Positions 37,437 through 49,100 of a stretch of DNA of 64,000 nucleotides are shown in pieces. Position 1 is the stretch's first letter; the number at the start of each line of letters is the position of its first letter. Source of the stretch: Mytilus californianus (taxonomy: Eukaryota); assembly GCF_021869535.1 (NCBI RefSeq), contig NW_026262668.1:104904001-104968000 (forward strand). The letters run 5' to 3'. The notes under the pieces are model-generated. The model was not told the origin of the DNA. It saw nothing but the letters and a program-made list of their open reading frames with translations, and did not search any database. A program made the translations under genes and the position numbers.

Positions 37437-38487
37437 CTTCCTGTTGTCTTTATCTGCCAAATATAGTAACGAAGTGATATGCAGAAGCTTCCTGATTTTT
37501 ACTGTGTGATGCATTTTCAGATTCATCACTCATCAACAATATAACGATTGCAAATTTTATATGTCTTCAAAGCTAAATCATGAACTTAAACCTTTAAACA
37601 AAGCATCAGTCCAGATACATATGATTTGATGTGTGGTTGTGTACAACCTGTGATGTATATATTATATTTATATGACAAGGATGTCCATTGGTAAACATGG
37701 ATATTTTGTGAAAGTGCAATAAACCAAAATGGAGATAAATCTACACATGATGCATGTCAATAGCAGATGTATTTCTTTCTATGGTTGATATAAATTGATA
37801 GATATATATATATTTTGCAATGTTGATTTCATGTCGCATCACTTTTCTTCACAATTTTGGGTTCGTTTAGGAGTGAAAAACTTCCTGTTGTCTTTATCTG
37901 CCAAATATAGTAACGATGTGATATGTCATGCAATGTTGATTTCATGTCGCATCACTTTTCTTCACAATTTTGGGTTCGTTTAGGAGTGAAAAATTGTTAT
38001 AACATTTTTTAAAACTATAATTAACGCCATTTTTAGCTGCAGTATAAAAATAATATAATATTAGGTCAATGTATATCTCATTGGTATTTAAAACGGCAAT
38101 AAAATTCCAATGCCCAAGAGTGAATGACAAATTGGAAACTTTACTGGTCATGTTGAATTTTTACTATTTCACTATTTAAGTGTCTATAAAATTCATTGAT
38201 CTATTGACTGTGGATTGAAGAAAAATCTCATGTTTTCTCAAACTTAACGATTGTAAATTTTATATGTCTTCAAAGCTAAATCATGAACTTAAACCTTTAA
38301 ACAAAGCATCAGTCCAGATACATATGATTTGATGTGTGGTTGTGTACAACCTGTGATGTATATATTATATTTATATGACAAGGATGTTCATTGGTAAACA
38401 TGGATATTTTGTGAAAGTGCAATAAACCAAAATGGAGATAAATCTACACATGATGCATGTCAATAAATTGATAGATATATATATATA
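37437..38487. repeat. Cluster of short near-identical local duplications
   Basis: ~220 bp at 37543-37760 = 38246-38465; 65 bp at 37816-37880 = 37928-37993; 46 bp at 37437-37482 = 37881-37926. Confidence 0.85.
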
Positions 38488-38536
38488 TTTAAATAGATTA
38501 CTTTATATCTAACATTTCAACATTTTGAGCTTATTG

Positions 38537-39517
38537 TGTAAGAGATAAATATGTCCTGGTAAAATATGTCCGGGTGGACACATATAACTAGTATAAAAAG
38601 TCCATGGTTACAGAATTTACTAGTATATTTAGTCCGATGTTAGTAATTTATGTCCCCAGACTAATTTTCCTAGGAATTCAAGTCCATATCATTAATATTC
38701 CTAGGTAAAAATGTCCATGTCCTCTTTTTTATAGGAAAAATATTAATGAATCAAATCATTTACACATAAACAATAAAAATTCAAATGTTATGATTCAATA
38801 TAGTTTAAGAGTTGTGAATTTATATGTTAACAAAATGTATGTCCCGAGACTAATTTTCCTAGGAAATCATGTCCATGTCCTTTATTTTAAAAAGAAAATG
38901 TTAATGAAACAAATTATTTACATGTAAACAATGGAAAATCAATTTTTATGTTTTAATATTGTTAAAGATTTTGCATTAATATTTCAATTAAATTCATGTT
39001 CCCAGACATATTTTCCTAGGAAATCATGTCCATGTCATTAATATTCCTAGGTAGAAACGTCCATGTCCTTTATTTTAAAAGGTAAATTTGAATGTTATGT
39101 TTTAATATTGCTTTAGAGTTGTGTATTAATATAATTATTTTAATAAAAATTATGTCCCCAGACTAATTTTCCTAGGACATCATGTCCATATCATTAACAT
39201 GCCTGGGTTATAACATCCATGTCCTTTATCTTAATAGGAAAAAATAATGAAACTTTCCAATCTTAACTAAGAAAATGTTTTTTTTTTATTTTCAATAATT
39301 TTTATAATATAATAAAGGTTACTAGAAAAAAACAAGTCTTAGGACAATTTTTCCTAGGAAAATAAGTTCCAGACATATTTTACTAGGTAAAGACTTATTT
39401 TCCTAGAGAAATTTGTCCTGGGACTAACATTCCTAGTAAGATAATGGTCATGGACTTGTTTATCTAGGAAAAAAAGTCTGGCTGACAAATTTTACTACCG
39501 AACCAAATTGCTGTTAC
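38537..39517. mobile_element. Foldback-like non-autonomous DNA element
   Basis: Left arm has ~4 copies of tgtcccagactaattttcctaggaa..catgtccat; right arm carries inverted versions; imperfect tgtaa..ag / ctgttaca termini. Confidence 0.6.
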
Positions 39518-40607
39518 AATTGCAGTATTAAGACTGCTGTAAAATATTTCACAAATGTTAAGAAAACGTAATTTAAGTGAATTTGAATGATGTATGAAAA
39601 AAAAAAAAAGTGATCATATTTTATTTTCAATTCTTTCAAGTGTAACATGTTTAATATCAGTCATTAATTCCATACAAATAACTACACTTCAGGTCAAAAT
39701 CATACCAAAACATTGCTAAAAATGACTAAGACATTTTATAGGTCATGTAAAATAATAGGTACAATTCTTCATACACAATAATAATAGCACCTGCTTTTAA
39801 AAAGGCAAAATGTATTGGTATTAGTGTACATATATGTAAAATATTATATTTATTTTTAATGTACTTTTGCACTTTTTTGTATTACTGTTTACTTGTAGAA
39901 AGTCTGAATATGAAAGTGTTATAATATGACATGTATATATGTGCAGTATGTGAACGAAAGTCTGTATGTGTCAACAGTACAATCTATGCAGTAAAATTAT
40001 GCAATATTGTGTCTGTGAAATAAAAGGCATTTGTCTATTCAGAATTAATTAATGCAATCGTTTCCTGTGCTCCCTAACTGTTAATTTTGATTCAGCCATG
40101 CTGGATCTATGTGATCACTCTGGATTTGGAGATGGTGCAAAATTCTAAGTCGAAGACATGTCATGAAAATAATTATATGTTTCTGTGACTTGCAGAAACT
40201 TTTTACACCATCAACTGCCAACTTTTAATATGTTATTTGACCTTAAATCAAGAAAAGATTGGGCGAACATCTTCTTTATTTCAGATATACACTTGCATAT
40301 AGTTCCTTTGTAAATCAAAATTTATACTAAATTGCCATTTATTAATTAATGTGGAAAATGTGATTTATCAAATTTAAGCAGTTGTAAGAATAATGAAAGT
40401 GTTTTATCAGTATCTTAAGTTCCTGTAAGATATTGAATAAGATTTGGTTCAAGATGTGTATTTTGAAATGCTATCAATCCAATTCTTGCATTAGGCAAAT
40501 GAGAATATTTATACAATAACAGTATGATGGACAGTTGCCATGATTTTCATACAATTACACTCAAGAGGTGTAAGTATTAATTGGATTAAACTCCACTCAA
40601 ATGCAGG

Positions 40608-40740
40608 CTTACTGTTCGGTGTGGGCCAAGGCTCCGTGTTGAAGACCGTACTGTGACCTATAATGGTTTACTTTTATAAATTTTGACTTGGATGGAGAGT
40701 TGTCTCATTGGCACTCATACCACATCTTCTTATATCTATT
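40608..40740 (+). mobile_element. Interspersed repeat family A terminal fragment
   Basis: ccaaggctccgtgttgaagaccgta..gttgtctcattggcactcataccacatcttctt = reverse complement of 9135-9250. Confidence 0.75.
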
Positions 40741-40762
40741 AATTGACCTCAGTTATTATTAG

Positions 40763-40900
40763 TTACATAGTGTGCTAGTGACCTAGTACAATATATATGG
40801 GGTCAGTAAATTCCATATGGGGTGAGAGCGCAGCTCGAATCTCCATATGGAATTTACTGACCCCATATATATCGTATTAGGTCACTAGCACACTATGTAA
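40763..40900. repeat. Long inverted repeat / hairpin, 60-bp arms, 18-nt loop
   Basis: 40763-40822 versus the reverse complement of 40841-40900: 57/60 identical. Confidence 0.95.
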
Positions 40901-40902
40901 TG

Positions 40903-41280
40903 AATTTATCTTACCGACTATCTTATTATGTGGTATTTAGACTAGTGGCATATCAAAGTGATCAAGTCTTCAATACCTTTAGTATTAAGAACCTACTTCC
41001 ATTGGTTTATACAAAAACAAATGCCAACAATATCAACTTGTTAGTTTTAAATGTGTTTAAAGAATTTATTTCAATCTTTCATCATCCATTTCTGCGTCTG
41101 TTGAAACCTTTAAGATTTTCCCTCAACACCGTGTTGTTTAAATAAAAGGACGTAACACCATTACTAACCCTGTATTGAAATAAGCCCCGCCTACTAACCT
41201 AATATGGAATATACATGGTCTCCACACAGTTGCTTTTAACCAATCATATTCCTAGAAATGTATAGGAGGTAAGATAAATT
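40903..41280. mobile_element. Short element bounded by 13-bp inverted repeats, adjoining the hairpin
   Basis: aatttatcttacc (40903) / ggtaagataaatt (41268-41280); may be one element with the hairpin. Confidence 0.55.
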
Positions 41281-42014
41281 AATATATCATGACAGTCGAT
41301 AATCATACTGGTATTGAGGTCAAGAATTTGTGGATTCAATTTATTTCACATCTAACTGAATACACAAAATCTTGAACTTAATAGCTGTAAAATTAGTGTC
41401 ATAATCATCTGATATAAGTTAATAATTAAGGTCTATTTAAAGTTATAATTATCAGTAATTTGGTTGAAGCAATAAACACAACTTCATAACTCTTACCTAA
41501 GCATTTTCTGCAATAAATTTATTTGTATATTCCCCATTATATTGATATTTAACAGTATTTGGAATTATCTCAGCATTAGGTATTTGTATATGTATATTTG
41601 AATACAGGAAATGTATATTTCCTCAATGAAGAATGAACACCAATTTTGATAAAAGTTATGTTTTTTTGTTCTTTTTTAGAAAGTGCAATTTTAATGCCTC
41701 TTTCTGGAAATCAGTAAGTCAATTATTATAAATGGCACATAAAAAATTTGCTACACATCCATGACATCTGAAGATTCCCCTCAACATTCTTATCAAAATC
41801 TTTGAATTTCAAATGTTTCTATAAAAAAAGATGTAAAATAATCTGACAGTGTATTCAATTGAAATAGTTTACATGTTGAAAGTTTTGATTAAGTCAGTTT
41901 GAAGGGAACGATTAATTTTAATTCAATGTTATTTGGTATTTATTTTTTTTTAGCATTGGCACATCTCATTTCCTTGGAGATTATTTATTCTCTTCTCCCT
42001 CAATAATGGTCTAT

Positions 42015-42487
42015 TGAATTTTGATATCTATATATAAGAAATGATTTTTCATTTCCTATTTTTAATTATCCATTCTTAGATGGTGACATTTTCTTGGCAC
42101 CATCATGTTGTGTTTATATATTTCAACTTGTTCAATTTACCCTTGTATGTAGCAAAAAAAACTCTTTTAAAGAAAAATTATAACACCAGGGTTTTGGATA
42201 TCACAAACTTGTCAAAACTTTTATTGAATTTATCATCGTTGCAGGGACATCATTCGTAAATATAAATCAACGTGCAGAGATATTATAAGTTCAGGTATTT
42301 CACATCTCATCTATCATGGTAATATTCTATACAAAGTACAAAAATGTCGTCATTCACTTCAAAAGCTAACCAAACCTACAAGGGATATAGTTACCATACT
42401 GTTGTCAAGTCATTAAAGATGGCATTTTTTGGAACTAATATTAATTCACTCATAGGGTCTTCACATTGGAAACAAACACATTTATTT
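42015..42487 (+). pseudogene. Degenerate 3' fragment of the same Penelope-like RT
   Basis: Recognisable remnants (F..NYPFLDGD..LAPS..VYI.QL, QGF.YHKL.KTF, GISH..YGNILYK) with frameshifts; aligns by eye with 62036-62330. Confidence 0.8.
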
Positions 42488-43010
42488 TTATGCCCCTGCC
42501 GTAGCGGAAGGGGCAGTAAGTTTTACCCTTGTCCGTCCATATGTCCCAAAATTGGTTTCCGTTCTCTTACTTAAGTTTGCCTCAATCAAATGTTCTGAAA
42601 CTTATACACAATGCTTATTACCACAAAACACAGATCAAGTATGAATTTGGGTAGCGTCACTTTTACCATTTTAGAGTTATGCCCCTTTACAAATGGAAAA
42701 ATTGCTGAATTTTTTGTTCCCATTCTCTTATTTTAGTTTACCTCAAACAAATATTATGAAACTTATATGCAATGCTTTTTACCACAAAACATAGATCAAA
42801 TTTGAAATTTGGTGGCCTAGCTTTTACTGTTCTAGAGTTATGCCCCTTTACAAATGCACAAATTGCCTAATTTTGAGTTTTTGTTCTCTTACTTAAGTTT
42901 GCCTCAAGCAAATGTTATGAAATTTATATACAATGCTTATTTAATACGACAAAACACAGATTGAGTACAGATTTGGGTATTGTCACTTCTAGCGTTCTTG
43001 AGGTATTGTG
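42484..43010 (+). mobile_element. HINE-like element with three ~160-bp internal units
   Basis: ttttttatgcccctgccgtagcggaaggggc hairpin start; ttctcttacttaagtttgcctcaa..caaatgtt..tgaaacttata units x3. Confidence 0.7.
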
Positions 43011-43011
43011 A

Positions 43012-44035
43012 GCGATTAAGTGTCCACCTGAACATTTTTACCCAGAAAAGGTATATTCAAATGTGTCCGATGCTGTGAAAAAGTGTCCATTCAATTGGAC
43101 ATAATTTTATGATAAATACTTTTAAATTCTGTCCTGTAAATATTGATTTTCAATATGAGGACACTTTTTTTCACAGTAAAAAGTTTCCTTTAAAGGGAGA
43201 TAATAAAAAAGTCACTAAAACGTTTTAGCTATATTTAATTTCTATTACTAAAACAAATCAATTAAGAACCAGTTATAATTTGATATAAACAAAAATTGAA
43301 GGTAGAATTGAGAATGGAAATGAGGAATGTGTCAAAGAGACAACAACCCGACCAAAGAGCAGAAAACAGCCCAAGGCCACCAATGGGTCTTCTACATAGC
43401 AAGAAAATCCCTCACCCGGAGGCAGGCATCAGCTGTCCCCTAAACAAAAATGTGTACTTGTTCAGTGAAAATGGACGACACTTAACTCAAAAACAAATAA
43501 ATGAACTTAAATTAAAACATACAAGACTAACAAAGGCCAGACTTGGGACAGATGCAAAAATGCAGTAGGGTTGATTCCACAGCATTTTCAATTATCTTAG
43601 CTATAAAGATGATTTATTGTATAATACATATTTAATTACACATAATAATGATCACATTTTGTATGAATTTGATGCTCCAGTTTGCATGCCATGTTTTAAT
43701 AGAGACAAAACCCCCATACTAATTAAAAAACTTCACTTTAGATAAAGAACTGAAGCTATGTATATGTTTTGTAGGTATTGAGAGTGGACACTTTTTCGCG
43801 TGAAATACTGTCCTTTCTATGAAGGAGACTTTTTCATGATTTTTATGAAATATTGGGCTATCTTTGAAGGACACTTTTTCACATCTGTGGACAATATTTC
43901 ATAGGTAAATATCGTCTGGACGATATTTCATAATAACGTTATGTCCGTGGACACAATTTACTGTGAAAAAGTGTCCGTCGGACATAATTTCATGGCGGAC
44001 AATATTTAAACCTACAGAATGTCCCTTTATAATCT
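43012..44035. mobile_element. Foldback-like element rich in GGACA/TGTCC sub-repeats, interrupted by a family-B repeat
   Basis: ctgtgaaaaagtgtcc and ggacactttttcac motifs in both orientations at both ends. Confidence 0.55.
43295..43570 (-). mobile_element. Short family-B copy nested in a foldback-like element
   Basis: aattgagaatggaaatgaggaatgtgtcaaagagacaacaacccgacc..., same as 29578 and the reverse complement of the 62700-62965 region. Confidence 0.75.
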
Positions 44036-44195
44036 TATATGCAATCGGGGGCACCATCTGTGTCCCATGGACACATTCCCCATTTATTTAATCAATTGTT
44101 GTTTAATGTTTTCTAAATTTTAGTTCATTTGTATATTTCTATTTCAGAGTTTTGTGTGATGTCCATTTCGCTAAACTAGTATACATTATTGTGTA

Positions 44196-44742
44196 GGTAG
44201 CACACCACAATTAGGTGTGTAGTTTCGCATTTTGGCCCCTGTGGTTTTTTCAAATATGAGAGCTAGTGTGCAATAAAATTCATTTTTGGATAGCTGATGA
44301 TTAGAATAGACTTCATGGTGGGTTTATAGGAACATCAGAATTGTGTAATGTATGTATAATGGGCTGTTTTCTGTTTGATAGTCCTTATTTTAATTTCCAT
44401 ACTAGACATTGGTCCGGTAATTATTGTAAGTTTTTTTTTCAAACTTTTTGTCGCACGAACTTTGTGATTAAATTTTACGAAAAAATGAAGCGAAAGGCAC
44501 CCATTTTTTATTTGATCATTTGGTAGTTTATGTCAACAGTTTCAGAAAAGGTATCACTCAAAGGCATTGGAATTCTAGTTTGAACCAAATTTTGGGGGAA
44601 TACGTGACATTTTAATGCCCCTTTTTGCAACATTTTATGGTATATAAATGCAGAATGTTGCCATGGATACATGAAAAAGGAATTATATTTCAACATTTTA
44701 ACAGTTGAAAATCAAATCTATGGAAGATACTGATTACATACG
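44196..44742 (+). mobile_element. Truncated copy of the GGTAGCA-terminal MITE
   Basis: Colinear with the reverse complement of 47721-48263 (gtgtagtttcgcattttggcccc, cagaaaaggtatcac, caaatctatggaagata). Confidence 0.75.
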
Positions 44743-44804
44743 TATGCACATGTATGACACAAACAGTTGGCTTAATGTATTAGAATGTATTAGAAAGGCA
44801 GGAA

Positions 44805-44955
44805 CTGTGGAGTTCTACCTTAATGGCCAGCTGAGGCCTATCTCCGGGTGCGGGATTTCTCACTGCATTGAAGACCTTTTGGTGGTCTTTGGCTGTTTTC
44901 TGCTCTTTGTCGGGTAGTTGTCTCTTTGACACATTTCCGGTTTTCATTTTGTATT
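44805..44955 (+). mobile_element. Short family-B terminal fragment
   Basis: ggccagctgagg..ccgggtgcgggatttctc..gttgtctctttgacacatt matches 62830-62945. Confidence 0.7.
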
Positions 44956-45933
44956 CTTCAATGTTACTAGCTCATGTACTAAAACCTTTTCCCCAGGAAA
45001 TGCATTTTAGAAAGTTTTCCTTTATTGTACACTGATCAAGGATTTGAAATCTTTGCACAAATTTTAATGTCAGTCCTCTTTTTCACCAACCAAGAAATAG
45101 TGTACAGATAATCGAACAGTGTTGCCCTTCAAATTATACTATTGAAATTACATAAAAGGAAAGACATCTTACTGTGTCAGCAGTCTAAGAATAAATTTTA
45201 TGACAATTGATATATTTCTCCTTTCATTGACATTACTTGATAAAGAATTTACAATGTCAGCACCCTTTAAAACCACATGATCCTCTGTTTCAATTATACT
45301 TTGTCGTAAGACCTTCACACCGCAGCATGCTTAAATAGTTGAACCGTTAGCAATTCAATTACAAAGAAAGTTAGCTATGATTCACATATAAACTTTTAAA
45401 AAACTGTGCCCAAAGGGTTGCAAAAACTATCAACAGTAAAACAATGGTAAAAAAATAAAATCCTGCTATCTATGATGAGTTTATTTTTTATACTATATAC
45501 GCCATGACTCAAGTATTTGTTTCTAATCCTACACCAAAAACTTGATGCTGATTGGTTATTTGTCATTTGCCTTCTCTGAAACTACTAGACGGACGCTTTC
45601 TAACTTACACTGAAGTTAATCTAGAGAACCTCTAGAAAGATATCAACCCTCCCAATTTATATGACATAGTTTGTTTGTGAATGCGTTTTTTTGTTCCATT
45701 TTATACAACGCTGTATAGGGGATGTCTAACATTAATTGTCTTGCATTTGAAATAAGGTATTGTTAAGTGGAATGCACAACGAAAAGTTTCTCTTACTAAA
45801 ACGTAAGTACCTCCTTGACATTGAATAAAGACAGAATAAACGATATATGAGGAGAACAACAAACACATTGGATAATCTAGTGTGTAGACCTTTTTAATAA
45901 TTTCTTTAACTTTAAGGTTTTTATCACTAAACA

Positions 45934-46106
45934 CTAACACCACCCAGGTGTCCAGTAACCATTATAATTATTTGGGTTCGATGCAGGGTCTGGTTTCATT
46001 GTTACAGGTGGCACTATATATTTCTTGTATTCATCAAGTCTTTCTTTCATCTTTTTCAACATGCTGTGCTCTTTGGTGTGCAAATTATTGCGTTCATTAG
46101 GATCAT
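45934..46106 (-). CDS. ARSB-like: Arylsulfatase terminal coding exon
   Basis: (D)DPNERNNLHTKEHSMLKKMKERLDEYKKYIVPPVTMKPDPASNPNNYNGYWTPGWC*. Confidence 0.95.
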
Positions 46107-49100
46107 CTACAAAATTTATATATAAAAAAAATCAAATTACTGCATATAACAGTTTCACTGACATTCTGAAAACTAAAATGTGTAAATGATTAAAATATAT
46201 ATCATATAATAAAAATTAAAATACCAAGACAATAAATAAAGGACGTGCCTAAAGAAAACAAAATAGAAAATAATGAGCTAGTAATACGATTTCTGCTTAG
46301 AGATGTTTTAAAAATCTCTACTAACAAGCAACTGCTTACTCTGAGACGGATTGAGTGCGGAAATCACTTATGGAGCAATGTTTATGGATAATGCATAGAC
46401 TTTTTTCCCACTCCTAACGTTGCTTTGTTGATGATTTTTTCCAAAATCCCGGATAAACATCTGTTACTTTATCACTGAACTTGAGTTCATCAGGAATATA
46501 GCAGTTGTTTAACCGTTGATCCTTTGATTAATTGCGTTTGATGTTGTCAGTTTTTATGGACTTCCCCTTTACGAATGTGCCTTTGAGAACGGTATTTTTG
46601 ATATACATTGTTATCAACGTATATGTGTACTTCCAAAAAAGCGAGTTCTCCATCCTATTTACATGAAGAAGAACTTCAGTTTACTGATCGATGCAGTTGA
46701 TGATTATGCTAGAAAATGGATAAAGCGATAGTCAGATTAAACGAAACTGGAAACTTTATCTGATTGGATCAGACCATTATGGTCATGCATTCAGAAGCGC
46801 ATTCGAAATCTATGACGTAAAATGAGAACATGGGTTTCTAACCTTGTTCAAGAACCACGTGGTTATTGATAATTGATCCTCTCTTCACGACAAATATATG
46901 TTTTTGTTCTAGCAGACAAAGAGTCTAACAAAATCTTTTTATATGCAAAAATCATTATTTAAGATCAAAACTGGGAATAACTCAACCCCTACACCATCCA
47001 CGAAAATTAAGATTTTAGAAAATCACAAATCTGTCCTTCTCTCTGTTGTGTTTAACATAAAAAATGAAGAGCTCTTCTTCACAAAAAAAATTCCTTATTT
47101 AGAACGATATATGGCCAGGTCGTCAAAATGTTTTACTAACATCTTGTTACGTTCTTACCCCCATTCTTTCGAAAATAAACCTGGACTTCAGGTGTGATAA
47201 GGTGATTTCAACCAGCGGTGTCATTCAGATGGGGTTTCTTAAAAAAATTGAAGATCTATTACAAAGCATTGGGTCATTAATTGAAAGATCGAATACTAGT
47301 ACATCCTCTCAAAGGTTTTCCTACAAACATGAGAATCGTAGATGCAAATATCTTGCTTTAGGACATGAAAAATCTTATTTTGCAAAGAACCGCACTGATT
47401 CCAAAACAGAATACACCAAAGATTAAATCATTTAATTCTGGATTTTTCACATACTAGTAGTTGAGTTTGGTGAGTTCATATTTCAACAGACAGTCGGTAT
47501 TCCATTTGGTACAAATATACACCCCCATGCTAGCCGAATTTTGTGTTTTTCGTCAAATGAAGCAAATTAATAATCCATCATCCTTTATTCTACAATAGTA
47601 ATCATCGCGTACGACAGTGAAAATGAACTTTATGGTTTCGCACTTAATATACACGGCAAATTATGTCCTATTCCGAATTGTGATATATTTAGGTAGCAAT
47701 ATACAGTTAGGAAAAAAAATAATGTATGTTATCAATATCTTCCATAGATTTGATATCCAGCATTTGAAATGATTCAATATATTTTTTTTGTATCCATAGC
47801 AACAAACTGCATGCATTCGCTATAAATTATTGTAAAACGAGGCTTGTTAAGATGTCACATATTTCTCCAAAATTTGTCCGAAAGTAGAATTTCAATCCCT
47901 TGGCGTGATACCTTTTCTGAAACTGAAAATATATCTATCAGGAAATCAAATAAAAATCTTATGTCTTTTTTCTCATTTTTTTTTAAATAGCGCAAAAAAA
48001 ATTCGTGTTAAAAATTTGTTTGTAAACATTACAAACATTTCTGTATCTATGGCCGGTCTGGCTATGACAATAAGGACAGTCAAACAGAAAATAGCCTATA
48101 CAACATTTAAAAAAATAATTTTGATGTTCTTATAAACCCACGTGAAGGCACAATTAGTCATCAGTTATCTAAAAATGAATTTTATTGCACACTAACTTTC
48201 ATAATTGAAAGTCTACCGGGGCCAAAATGCGAAACTACACTCCTATAACTGTGTATTGCTACCTTAGACTGAGTCATGATTCGCACGGCGGTTGATGCAG
48301 ACAAAACAAGAGAAGCATACCCTATCGACACTTCCTGTCTCGATCATTTTTGTGTTCATAAATTTCTCTCAGTTATTGTTTGTTACTTTGATTGTCTTAT
48401 TGATCGATGTATGGGATTTTAACATCGATAAATTACTATTGACTGTATTCCTGACAAAAGAGGTTCTTATAGAAACTTTGTTATAAACAATGCTAAAATA
48501 TATCTCTCTGATTTGAAAAAAATATTCTCTTCTCTATATTCCGACAAGAACAAATATTGTAATATTCCAAAATGTATCTTCCATCTAATATTACATAGGA
48601 ATTTGTATTCATTAACAAATTCACTATTGATTTTTCTGATAGTTCACGATACGTTTCTCATGGTAATAATGTTGCATAAATCTATATAACAAGCAATGGA
48701 TTATACATTTCTCATGAAAAAGCTAACTACACAATTGTAACGATCTTGCTACCACCAACCTATGTCATGCTGAAGTGATGTGCTGATTGATTATATATAT
48801 ATATATATGATAATCAGACTTGATCATCGGTAAATTACTACAGCCTACATTTACCTCTCAAGTTATACAACTGATAGTACTCTTCTTTTGGTTCATCTTT
48901 TTCTGAGTCTTCTTCGTTCTCAGGAACTGGATACCAGCCATTATATACACCAGCAAATCCTTCTATTAACTTGTAATCACCCATTCTATAGCAAAAAGTA
49001 CATTATGTAGTATAACCTTAGTAACCGGAAAGCAACCCTTTGTGAAATATTACATTATATTGTTAACTATTTAGAGTATATATTAATAAAATAACATAAA

